Of a stretch of 64,000 nt of DNA, positions 11,387-20,273 are shown one piece after another; positions within the stretch are counted from its first letter, which is position 1, and each line of letters opens with the position of its first letter. The stretch is from Oceanispirochaeta sp. (GTDB lineage Bacteria > Spirochaetota > Spirochaetia > DSM-2461), in assembly GCA_963666275.2 (NCBI GenBank), contig CAXXOA010000001.1, forward strand, positions 1,024,001-1,088,000, given 5' to 3'. Both the position numbers and the translations under genes were made by a program. Below the pieces are notes generated by a model. That model was not told the origin of the DNA and searched no databases. It was given only the letters and a program-made list of their open reading frames with translations.

Positions 11387-12598
11387 CTAATACAAGAATC
11401 CAAAGAGATGTAATGGGATCTCGTATCTGGATCCGTATAATATATCATCTTTTACTAAATAGCTGTTTTCTAAATTTTCCTTTATCTGTTTTCTGTCCTT
11501 ATTTTTTCCACCGACTTCAAAGAAGTTGTTCTGAATCTTAAAATCACCAATTCTGCTCATGTGAACTTTGAGATTGGCGTTTAAAGTCATTCTGATGAAA
11601 AATATTTCTCTCAATGTTCCAATATTGGATTCAAAGCCGATTTCTTCAGCTACAGATTTATATATGTCCGGATTATCAAGAAATATCTTTTCAGTCTGTT
11701 TAAGAACTGCTGATCCTGATTTGTCCATTGATAAAAGAGTAATCACTCCTGTCTCATGCAGTATATTCAGGTAATTCTGTATTGTTTTGTTATCAAGCCC
11801 AAGATTCTTGGCTATGCTGTTCCTGTTCAATTCTCCGGGGGGGATGGTTGCCAGATAGCTGATAATGCGTTTGAAATTTATCAAATTCTCAGTTTTCAAT
11901 TTATAGTGGTTGGATATATCCTCATAAATTGTCTTATCAATGATCCTTAAGATTTTCTGATTGTATGTGGAAATCCCTTCTTGAGCGAAAGGATAATACC
12001 CACACCCTAAATATTCTTTGAAATGACCCCTGAGTTTTGGCACATCGGCTATTTTCGATTCAAAGTTCGACCTATTGGAGATTAAGTCATTAATAGTAAT
12101 TATACCTGTATCAGCGATATCATTGAAAAGGAGATACTCTCTAAATGATAAACCACCAATTCTGTAAATAACTCCTCTTCTGGATAAATCATATGTACCC
12201 TTGATCAGATCAATGCTGGAACTTCCTGAGAAGATGATTTTAATGTCCGGGTAGGCATCATATATATTTTTTAATTCCTGGTTCCAGTTCGGGTATTTAT
12301 GTATTTCATCCAGGAAAAAGTATTTTATACCATTTTCTTCGTATAGATCATTCACAAAATCTATTAAATTGTTTTGGGTGAAATAAATATGGTCTATAGA
12401 TGCATATATAGCTTCGTCAGGATTTGATATATTTTCTTTGATGTATTGAAGTAATAATGTAGTCTTACCCGTACCTCTTGGGCCAATTAACCCTGTAAGT
12501 CGATTCTCTGTATTAAAACTATCAAATATGTATCGGTGGTGAGGGTAGTTAGTCTGACTGAGAAGTCGTTTATATATAGCGATAAAATTATTCTTCAT
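11387..12598 (-). CDS. AAA ATPase (AAA_14/DUF4143-like) (cassette 9)
   Basis: GPRGTGKTT Walker A, FFLDEIH Walker B, FSGSS. Confidence 0.88.
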   Translation of the reverse strand: MKNNFIAIYKRLLSQTNYPHHRYIFDSFNTENRLTGLIGPRGTGKTTLLLQYIKENISNPDEAIYASIDHIYFTQNNLIDFVNDLYEENGIKYFFLDEIHKYPNWNQELKNIYDAYPDIKIIFSGSSSIDLIKGTYDLSRRGVIYRIGGLSFREYLLFNDIADTGIITINDLISNRSNFESKIADVPKLRGHFKEYLGCGYYPFAQEGISTYNQKILRIIDKTIYEDISNHYKLKTENLINFKRIISYLATIPPGELNRNSIAKNLGLDNKTIQNYLNILHETGVITLLSMDKSGSAVLKQTEKIFLDNPDIYKSVAEEIGFESNIGTLREIFFIRMTLNANLKVHMSRIGDFKIQNNFFEVGGKNKDRKQIKENLENSYLVKDDILYGSRYEIPLHLFGFLY

Positions 12599-12665
12599 TG
12601 GAATATACTCTACCTATATGCGTCATAATTATGATTGTACTCCAATATAAATAAATTTCAAGTCT

Positions 12666-12836
12666 ATTTAACACCCAAATATGATGCGAAGCGGCCTGAC
12701 CGAAGGGCAGGTATAGGCGCTTTTCTTGCTCCTTTATTCTAAACACCAGTTCGTTATTTGAGAAGAACAATTACTTTATCGAAGCTATTTCTGCAAGAAA
12801 TGTGATCTATAGCTTCGACTGCATCATTTGTTATCC
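12666..12836 (-). other. Long attC site, intron-free, apparent 4-nt loss next to R''
   Basis: ATTTAAC...GTTATCC; close homologue of the attC at 32548. Confidence 0.8.
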
Positions 12837-13789
12837 AATTTTCTATATCTTGTCATTCTACCTTTACCTGAAGACACAATCCTCTTTTCTTCTAGTAATT
12901 GCTTTAAATCTCTGCTTGCTGTTGCACTAGATATACCTTTACAGACACTCATGTATTCTTTTCTATCAAACCAATCTTCTAGTTTTGATAAAGCTATTTT
13001 TGATCGTTTTTCATAATCAGGATTAACTGGTTTTGATTCATTAATTGTATTTCTTAGAGCTTCATTTATTACGTTCAACATGAATTCAATAAAAACAGTC
13101 GATTTTCCAGTATTATCCGATATTGATAACACTTTATAATACTCTTGCTGATTATCCTTAATTAACTTTTCTATTGGAACAAATTCAAATATCGGATTCA
13201 CATTCATCAATATCCGTGTTTGCCAAAATCTGCCCATACGACCATTTCCATCTTCAAAAGGGTGAATAAATTCCATTTCATAATGAAATACACAGCTTTT
13301 AATGATTTCTTGATCTTCATCGTGTTTTAAATATTGAAATAAATCTTTCATCAAACCTGGTACCATTTCTGAAGTAGGAGCAATATGTGTAACTTCTTTA
13401 CCTTTCATTATCCCAACTTGAGATTTTCGAAATTCACCAGGATTTGGAACTAAACCCTCCATTAAGATCCTATGTGCGTCTAAGAAATCTTTATTACTAT
13501 GTGGTTTAAAGGAATTTAATCGCTCATATGCGACAATTGCATTTTGAACTTCTAGAATATCTTTACTTGGGGCAATTATTCTTTGATTATCAATCAAGGC
13601 AGTAACATTCTCAATATTTAAAGTGTTACCTTCTATTGATAAGGATGATTGAATTGTTTTAATTCTATTTTGTCTTCTGAGTCTTGCTTCTGGTTTTACA
13701 AGCATTAAACTTTGGCAAATACCCAATCCTTCAGTTATTTGACCATATAATTTTAAAATTCGGTTTGTAATTTCATACGGTGGTTTCAT
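12824..13789 (-). CDS. Fic-domain protein (cassette 8)
   Basis: HPFEDGNGRMGR; C-terminal HTH (SSATASRDL). Confidence 0.93.
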   Translation of the reverse strand: MKPPYEITNRILKLYGQITEGLGICQSLMLVKPEARLRRQNRIKTIQSSLSIEGNTLNIENVTALIDNQRIIAPSKDILEVQNAIVAYERLNSFKPHSNKDFLDAHRILMEGLVPNPGEFRKSQVGIMKGKEVTHIAPTSEMVPGLMKDLFQYLKHDEDQEIIKSCVFHYEMEFIHPFEDGNGRMGRFWQTRILMNVNPIFEFVPIEKLIKDNQQEYYKVLSISDNTGKSTVFIEFMLNVINEALRNTINESKPVNPDYEKRSKIALSKLEDWFDRKEYMSVCKGISSATASRDLKQLLEEKRIVSSGKGRMTRYRKLDNK

Positions 13790-13853
13790 CTCTTAATGAT
13801 AGCATCATTTGATACTATCACCAACAGGTCATAAATATTCTGTGCCGAAGGCT

Positions 13854-14004
13854 GGATAACGTCCGGTTCTGTGGAATGCCGTTAAATGGCGCTTTTCTTG
13901 CTTTACTATGTTAACCAGCTTTTTCATAGCTAAAAATGCTTACCGAATTAATAATAAACCCAAAGCAAGAAATGTGACATAGGCATTTCCATAGCAACCG
14001 TTTG
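13854..14004 (-). other. attC site interrupted by intron A (rest of R'' at 15915-15920)
   Basis: GGATAAC...hairpin...TTTG | TTATGT. Confidence 0.85.
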
Positions 14005-15914
14005 GTACGCCTGACATGGCAATAAACTTATGAGTTGAAAGTCCACTACAGCTACCCACGTATAGTAAACATGCTATACCAACTGTTAGCCGACGGCAAG
14101 GGCAATTCCGTGAGGAATTGTCTGGAGGAAGCCTGAGTGCAAAACCGGGAGCCCATGTATAAGAATGTGATATGGAATGCGAGTCACGCAGCATTCCACC
14201 CCCCAGTTCCGGAGGCTGGTCGCAAACAAGTTTGCTGCTCGCCCATGCAGCCTAGGGCGAGTCAGCCAATGATGACGATGCCCCGTGGGTGAGGGATAGG
14301 GTAAATCACAGGGTTGTCCGGCCCTGGTCGTAAACTTCGCTTGCTGCTCGCCCATGCAACCGGGGCATAGTAGCCAACGCCCGGAGTAATGTCCGGTTCA
14401 TGGTGAAGGCCTGAACATTTCACAAGGAGGAGCCTTATGGTTCTCAAAGGAACAATTTCAGTTTATGCCGGAATCACTTTTGGCGGACCATGGAGAAACA
14501 AGCCTTGAACGAATCTATGATGGATTTGATTTTATCCTCTGAAAATATGCACAAAGCCTGGAAACAGGTCAAACGCAATGGAGGTAGCCCTGGAATCGAC
14601 GGTATCACTGTCGAGAAGTTTCCAGGATATCTGAAAACCAGATGGCCTAGAATCAAACGAGCTTTGCTCAACGGGTACTATGTACCTTCTCCGGTGCTGA
14701 GGGTAGAAATCCCGAAGAAATCCGGAGGCTGGTCGCAAACAAGTTTGCTGCTCGCCCATGCAACCGGGGGAAAACGGATGCTGGGAATCCCGACAGTTCT
14801 AGACAGGGTTATCCAGCAGGCTATTTCACAGGTTCTGAATCCCATATTTGATCCGGATTTCTCGGAGCATAGCTATGGATTCAGACCGGGAAGATCGGCT
14901 CACGGAGCAGTGAAACAGGTAAATCAACATGTCAAATCCGGGTATAGATACGCCGTGGATCTGGACTTGGAAAAGTTCTTTGATACAGTTAATCATGATA
15001 TCCTGATGCATTTTGTGGCTGTAAAAGTCTGGGACAAATCTGTCCTCAGACTCATCGGCCGTTACCTGAGAGCCGGTATTCAGTTGGACAATGGAAAAGT
15101 GATTCCTACAGACATCGGCACACCCCAAGGCGGGCCCTTATCACCTCTGCTTTCCAATATCCTCCTTGATCGGTTGGATATGGAACTGGAGAGAAGAAAT
15201 GTGAGGTTCGCACGGTATGCAGATGACACTATCCTTTTAACGAAGAGATTGTGTGATGCTAGGAAGATCCTACAGGAAGTTTCAATATTTCTGGTAAGGA
15301 AATTGAAATTGGTAGTGAATCAGGAGAAAACGAAAGTTGCAAAGATAAGGGAGTGCAGTTTCCTGGGATTCACATTCAAGGGTAAGAAGATTCGCTGGAC
15401 AGAGTCGTCCTTTGAGGATTTTCGGTATCATCTGAAATATCTGACAAGGCGTTCCTGGGGTGTTTCCATGGAATACAGAATCGGGAAACTCAATGAGTAT
15501 ATCCGGGGCTGGATGAACTACTATGGGATCTCCCAATATTACAGCCCTATACAGAATCTTGATGACTGGCTCCTTAGGAGGATTCGCATGTGCTACTGGA
15601 AACAGTGGCGATATCCCAGAACGAAAGTCAGGAAACTGATGGAACTGGGAATTCCGAAAGATTTTGCCATTATCACCGGTGCCAGTAGTAAATCCTATTG
15701 GCATCTCTCCAAGTCTTACGCTACCAATGCAGCTATGTCCAATAAATGGCTGGAAGAGCAGGGATTGGTCAATATCAAATATCTGTGGTGTAAAGCCCAG
15801 GGATATATCTGATCAAATCAGGATTTCGTTTGCTCCATGGAGTGAACCGCCCCGTGCGGACCCGCATGCGGGGTGGTGTGGGGGCTGGAGGTTAAAAGCC
15901 TCCGGCTACCCGAT
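14005..15914 (+). mobile_element. Group IIC-attC intron, species 1, copy A (internally deleted ribozyme)
   Basis: GTACG 5' end, CCCGAT 3' end; about 230 bp present in the other copies is replaced near 14322-14365. Confidence 0.92.
14490..15812 (+). CDS. ltrA: Group II intron RT/maturase without endonuclease domain, with 14-aa insert
   Basis: GTPQGGPLSP, RYADD, domain X. Confidence 0.95.
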   Translation: MEKQALNESMMDLILSSENMHKAWKQVKRNGGSPGIDGITVEKFPGYLKTRWPRIKRALLNGYYVPSPVLRVEIPKKSGGWSQTSLLLAHATGGKRMLGIPTVLDRVIQQAISQVLNPIFDPDFSEHSYGFRPGRSAHGAVKQVNQHVKSGYRYAVDLDLEKFFDTVNHDILMHFVAVKVWDKSVLRLIGRYLRAGIQLDNGKVIPTDIGTPQGGPLSPLLSNILLDRLDMELERRNVRFARYADDTILLTKRLCDARKILQEVSIFLVRKLKLVVNQEKTKVAKIRECSFLGFTFKGKKIRWTESSFEDFRYHLKYLTRRSWGVSMEYRIGKLNEYIRGWMNYYGISQYYSPIQNLDDWLLRRIRMCYWKQWRYPRTKVRKLMELGIPKDFAIITGASSKSYWHLSKSYATNAAMSNKWLEEQGLVNIKYLWCKAQGYI

Positions 15915-15922
15915 TTATGTGG

Positions 15923-16786
15923 TCAATTATTTATTACCAAGTATTCAGTCAAACATAATTGATCATTCTTTTTTCCAATAACAAATAAGATATTTCTTTC
16001 AAAGTCATAATCTATAGAATATATTCTAGTTTCTTCTGAATTTATATTTTCCATTTTTGTTATACCTTCATCAATATTATAAAGCTTGAAATTGTTAATG
16101 CAAGAAGTTAGAAAACGATTATTACCAATATAAACAGCAGATGTTATAAGTTCTTTTTCATCTATTTTATACTTGTCTTCATTATTAGTTATATAATATT
16201 CATATCCTTTATACGGAATATTAATCCCATAAATGAAGTCTTTTGAATTTAATTTATGATCAAAAACCATTAATTCATTTTCTGTAATAACTGTCTCACA
16301 AAAGCCTGAAATTAATGAGTATTTTTGGATCTTTACTTTTTTTTCTCCAGGAAAATATCTCTCAATAAAAAAAGATGTATCAGTATCCCAGAAAATATTC
16401 CTAATGATTAAGAGTTCATCTTTACTTGTAATTAAAGCATCCAAATTTGAATCCAATCTATTCTCTTCAACTAAAGTAATTCCAGAGAACCAACCCGAAT
16501 GCCCTGAAATAAACAATAATGAATTATCCATGAAACTCATGCTAAAGATTGATAGTTCATCAGGAATAAGTGAGCTTATATTATTCCTTTCACCATTTTC
16601 ATCATAAAAATAGAGAGAATGCCCCATCGAAATATAAAAACCATTATTAGTTCCTGAAACAAGTAGTGGTAATCCTTCTCTATTGAAATAGAATTCATCA
16701 ATTTTCTGTAGTTCTAATGAATATAAATTTGTAAATATCAATATGACTAATAAATATGTAATTGCTTTTTTCATCATTAATTCCAT
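15923..16786 (-). CDS. Secreted protein, putative immunity partner (cassette 7)
   Basis: Signal-peptide-like MMKKAITYLLVILIFTNLYS; start overlaps the upstream stop (TAATG). Confidence 0.6.
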   Translation of the reverse strand: MELMMKKAITYLLVILIFTNLYSLELQKIDEFYFNREGLPLLVSGTNNGFYISMGHSLYFYDENGERNNISSLIPDELSIFSMSFMDNSLLFISGHSGWFSGITLVEENRLDSNLDALITSKDELLIIRNIFWDTDTSFFIERYFPGEKKVKIQKYSLISGFCETVITENELMVFDHKLNSKDFIYGINIPYKGYEYYITNNEDKYKIDEKELITSAVYIGNNRFLTSCINNFKLYNIDEGITKMENINSEETRIYSIDYDFERNILFVIGKKNDQLCLTEYLVINN

Positions 16787-17844
16787 TAAAAGTAAAACGT
16801 TGAAGGATTGATTAATTTTCCATTGATATGCGTTCTAAAATCTAAATGTGGATTGGTAGACATGCCAGTTGAGCCGATAGAACCAATTATCTGACCTTGT
16901 TCAACCCATTGCCCATTTTCAACTGAAACTGTTGATAGATGAGAATATTGTGATGAAACTTTAAAGAAGGGAACATCTTTATCATTAGGAAATTGCTTTG
17001 CATAATCAATAAATAAACTGTTACCATAGGCATCAGATAGAGAACTATCAAATCTTATATAACCAGAATGAGCCGCGTATACTGGATCACCAAGAGGACA
17101 ATCATAATCAATCCCACCATGCCATCGGTTGATTTCTTCTCCTTGATAAAACAGCTTACAAAACCCATAATTTTCCGTTACAATTGGATCATCAACAGGA
17201 ACAATAAAACCTAATTCTAACAAACAAGATGGTCTTGTAATTTCAACATAGTGCCTAACAGGGTCACTTGCCTCCAATTGCTCAAAAGAATTATCATACA
17301 TGTCTTTATAATGATCGCTTACATTCTCGTAACAAGCTTTTTTATTCTCCTTTGGAGCAGGAGCGGGTGGAGTTTCTTCCTTCGGAGCAGATTTCATTAT
17401 CGGCTTATCATCATCTTCTCCATCTAGCCATAAATCTTCATAGATTAATTCTATTCTTTCTACTGCGATACCATTTGCTCTAAAATCTAATGTGGGGCCA
17501 ATCCAACGGCAGGGTAAAGCACGAAAGAAATTCCAACGTTTTACTTCTTCACCGCTTTGATCCATTAAAATAACTGAACCGCTTCTCCTTTCTACTGGCT
17601 TGTCGGAATGAATTACATCATAGTACCAACGGTATAAATCATCACAAGTAGAAATACCTTTTTCGAGAATCAAATTTGGGAAACGAGTTCTTCCCTCAAA
17701 TCGATGAATTCCATACCCGCCTTCTTCCACTTCATAAACATATTTTTCTGATTCGAGACCTTCACAACGAGAAAATGTTGTTGTTATGACTCCATCCAGT
17801 TCTAATGCAAAACAATGTGGTAAATAAGAATCTGATCTATTCAT
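16786..17844 (-). CDS. T4 gp19-like tail tube domain fused to M23 peptidase (cassette 7)
   Basis: N-term F..CEGL..E..EGG..NLILEKG..WNFFRALP.RW.GP; Pro-rich linker; C-term HGGID, YSHL, GSTG.STNPHLDF. Confidence 0.85.
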   Translation of the reverse strand: MNRSDSYLPHCFALELDGVITTTFSRCEGLESEKYVYEVEEGGYGIHRFEGRTRFPNLILEKGISTCDDLYRWYYDVIHSDKPVERRSGSVILMDQSGEEVKRWNFFRALPCRWIGPTLDFRANGIAVERIELIYEDLWLDGEDDDKPIMKSAPKEETPPAPAPKENKKACYENVSDHYKDMYDNSFEQLEASDPVRHYVEITRPSCLLELGFIVPVDDPIVTENYGFCKLFYQGEEINRWHGGIDYDCPLGDPVYAAHSGYIRFDSSLSDAYGNSLFIDYAKQFPNDKDVPFFKVSSQYSHLSTVSVENGQWVEQGQIIGSIGSTGMSTNPHLDFRTHINGKLINPSTFYF

Positions 17845-18128
17845 TACTAATCTCCCCAAATAATGATTTCTTGTTTTACATTTAGTAATTTACGTCATTA
17901 ATATATATTGATTCTTTTAATGATTCTTGTCACTAGATAATATGAATTGTTTTTCTTACAAATAACCCATTTTCTTCGTAGCATAATCCTCCACCGGAGG
18001 TTTCTTCCCAATTTTTCTCCCACTGGGGTTTCTTTCTATTTCATACTTATTCTTCCATCCGGCGGAAGAAATCTAATTCTATCCGTATAGTGTAACATAC
18101 AAAGGTGTATAATGAACAGCCGTAACCC

Positions 18129-18233
18129 ACATAACATCGATTTAACTAGCAGACAGATAGCTGGCGGATTCTGTGCCTGCAAAGCAGATAAGCACAGAAT
18201 GTGACCAGCCTGGCTGACTAGTTCAAATCCTTG
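18129..18233 (-). other. attC site interrupted by intron B
   Basis: ACATAAC...hairpin...CTTG | TTAGAT (20265). Confidence 0.88.
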
Positions 18234-20264
18234 GTACGCCTGACATGGCAATAAACTTATGAGGTGAAAGTCCTCTACAGCTACCCACGTATAGTAAACA
18301 TGCTATACCAACTGTTAGCCGACGGCAAGGGCAATTCCGTGAGGAATTGTCTGGAGGAAGCCTGAGTGCAAAACCGGGAGCCCATGTACAAGAATGTGAT
18401 AGAAGGCCCAGTTCTGGAGGTGAGTCAGCCAATGATGACGATGCCCCGTGGGTGAGGGATAGGGTAAATCACAGGGTTGTCCGGGGAATGTTTATTGTCT
18501 TATTCGGGGAGATCTGTCTGCAAGGCGGTAACACCGGTTTGACCGTGAGAATCCGGAGGATACCGGGGTAACAAATCCAGGCCTATCAGGGGATGACACT
18601 CTGATAAGGAGCCGTTTATACGGAACACAAAGAAGTCGTCACAGCGATTCAAACCGGATGATACAGCGTCAGCAGGAGTAATTCAACTGATAAGCAGACA
18701 GAAGTCAGCAGAAGGCATAGTAGCCAACGCCCGGAGTAATGTCCGGTTCATGGTGAAGGTCTGAACATTTCACAAGGAGGAGCCTTATGGTTCTCAAAGG
18801 AACAATTTCAGTTTATGCCGGAATCACTTTTGGCGGACCATGGAGAAACCAGCCTTGAACGAATCTATGATGGATTTGATTTTATCCTCTGAAAATATGC
18901 ACAAAGCCTGGAAACAGGTCAAACGCAATGGAGGTAGCCCTGGAATCGACGGTATCACTGTCGAGAAGTTTCCAGGATATCTGAAAACCAGATGGCCTAG
19001 AATCAAACGAGCTTTGCTCAACGGGTACTATGTACCTTCTCCGGTGCTGAGGGTAGAAATCCCGAAGAAATCCGGAGGCTGGTCGCAAACAAGTTTGCTG
19101 CTCGCCCATGCAACCGGGGGAAAACGGATGCTGGGAATCCCGACAGTTCTAGACAGGGTTATCCAGCAGGCTATTTCACAGGTTCTGAATCCCATATTTG
19201 ATCCGGATTTCTCGGAGCATAGCTATGGATTCAGACCGGGAAGATCGGCTCACGGAGCAGTGAAACAGGTAAACCAACATGTCAAATCCGGGTATAGATA
19301 CGCCGTGGATCTGGACTTGGAAAAGTTCTTTGATACAGTTAATCATGATATCCTGATGCATTTTGTGGCTGTAAAAGTCCGGGACAAATCTGTCCTCAGA
19401 CTCATCGGCCGTTACCTGAGAGCCGGTATTCAGTTGGACAATGGAAAAGTGATTCCTACAGACATCGGCACACCCCAAGGCGGGCCCTTATCACCTCTGC
19501 TTTCCAATATCCTCCTTGATCGGTTGGATATGGAACTGGAGAGAAGAAATGTGAGGTTCGCACGGTATGCAGATGACACTATCCTTTTAACGAAGAGATT
19601 GTGTGATGCTAGGAAGATCCTACAGGAAGTTTCAATATTTCTGGTAAGGAAATTGAAATTGGTAGTGAATCAGGAGAAAACGAAAGTTGCAAAGATAAGG
19701 GAGTGCAGTTTCCTGGGATTCACATTCAAGGGTAAGAAGATTCGCTGGACAGAGTCGTCCTTTGAGGATTTTCGGTATCATCTGAAATATCTGACAAGGC
19801 GTTCCTGGGGTGTTTCCATGGAATACAGAATCGGGAAACTCAATGAGTATATCCGGGGCTGGATGAACTACTATGGGATCTCCCAATATTACAGCCCTCT
19901 ACAGAACCTTGATGACTGGCTCCGTAGGAGGATTCGCATGTGCTACTGGAAACAGTGGCGATATCCCAGAACGAAAGTCAGGAAACTGATGGAACTGGGA
20001 ATTCCGAAAGATTTTGCCATTATCACCGGTGCCAGTAGTAAATCCTATTGGCATCTCTCCAAGTCTTACGCTACCAATGCAGCTATGTCCAATAAATGGC
20101 TGGAAGAGCAGGGATTGGTCAATATCAAATATCTGTGGTGTAAAGCCCAGGGATATATCTGATCAAATCAGGATTTCGTTTGCTCCATGGAGTGAACCGC
20201 CCCGTGCGGACCCGCATGCGGGGTGGTGTGGGGGCTGGAGGTTAAAAGCCTCCGGCTACCCGAT
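18234..20264 (+). mobile_element. Group IIC-attC intron, species 1, copy B (2031 bp)
   Basis: GTACG...CCCGAT; DV GAACCGCCCCGTGCGGACCCGCATGCGGGGTGGT. Confidence 0.95.
18840..20162 (+). CDS. ltrA: Group II intron RT/maturase with 14-aa insert
   Basis: YADD; near-identical to the other species 1 copies. Confidence 0.95.
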   Translation: MEKPALNESMMDLILSSENMHKAWKQVKRNGGSPGIDGITVEKFPGYLKTRWPRIKRALLNGYYVPSPVLRVEIPKKSGGWSQTSLLLAHATGGKRMLGIPTVLDRVIQQAISQVLNPIFDPDFSEHSYGFRPGRSAHGAVKQVNQHVKSGYRYAVDLDLEKFFDTVNHDILMHFVAVKVRDKSVLRLIGRYLRAGIQLDNGKVIPTDIGTPQGGPLSPLLSNILLDRLDMELERRNVRFARYADDTILLTKRLCDARKILQEVSIFLVRKLKLVVNQEKTKVAKIRECSFLGFTFKGKKIRWTESSFEDFRYHLKYLTRRSWGVSMEYRIGKLNEYIRGWMNYYGISQYYSPLQNLDDWLRRRIRMCYWKQWRYPRTKVRKLMELGIPKDFAIITGASSKSYWHLSKSYATNAAMSNKWLEEQGLVNIKYLWCKAQGYI

Positions 20265-20273
20265 TTAGATTGT

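Noticed and set aside
18223..18571. Recurrent small ORFs (MADSPPELG..., MSGGSLSAK..., MPLSPVPVV...)
   Set aside because: They recur only because they overlap repeated intron RNA or the RT gene in other frames.
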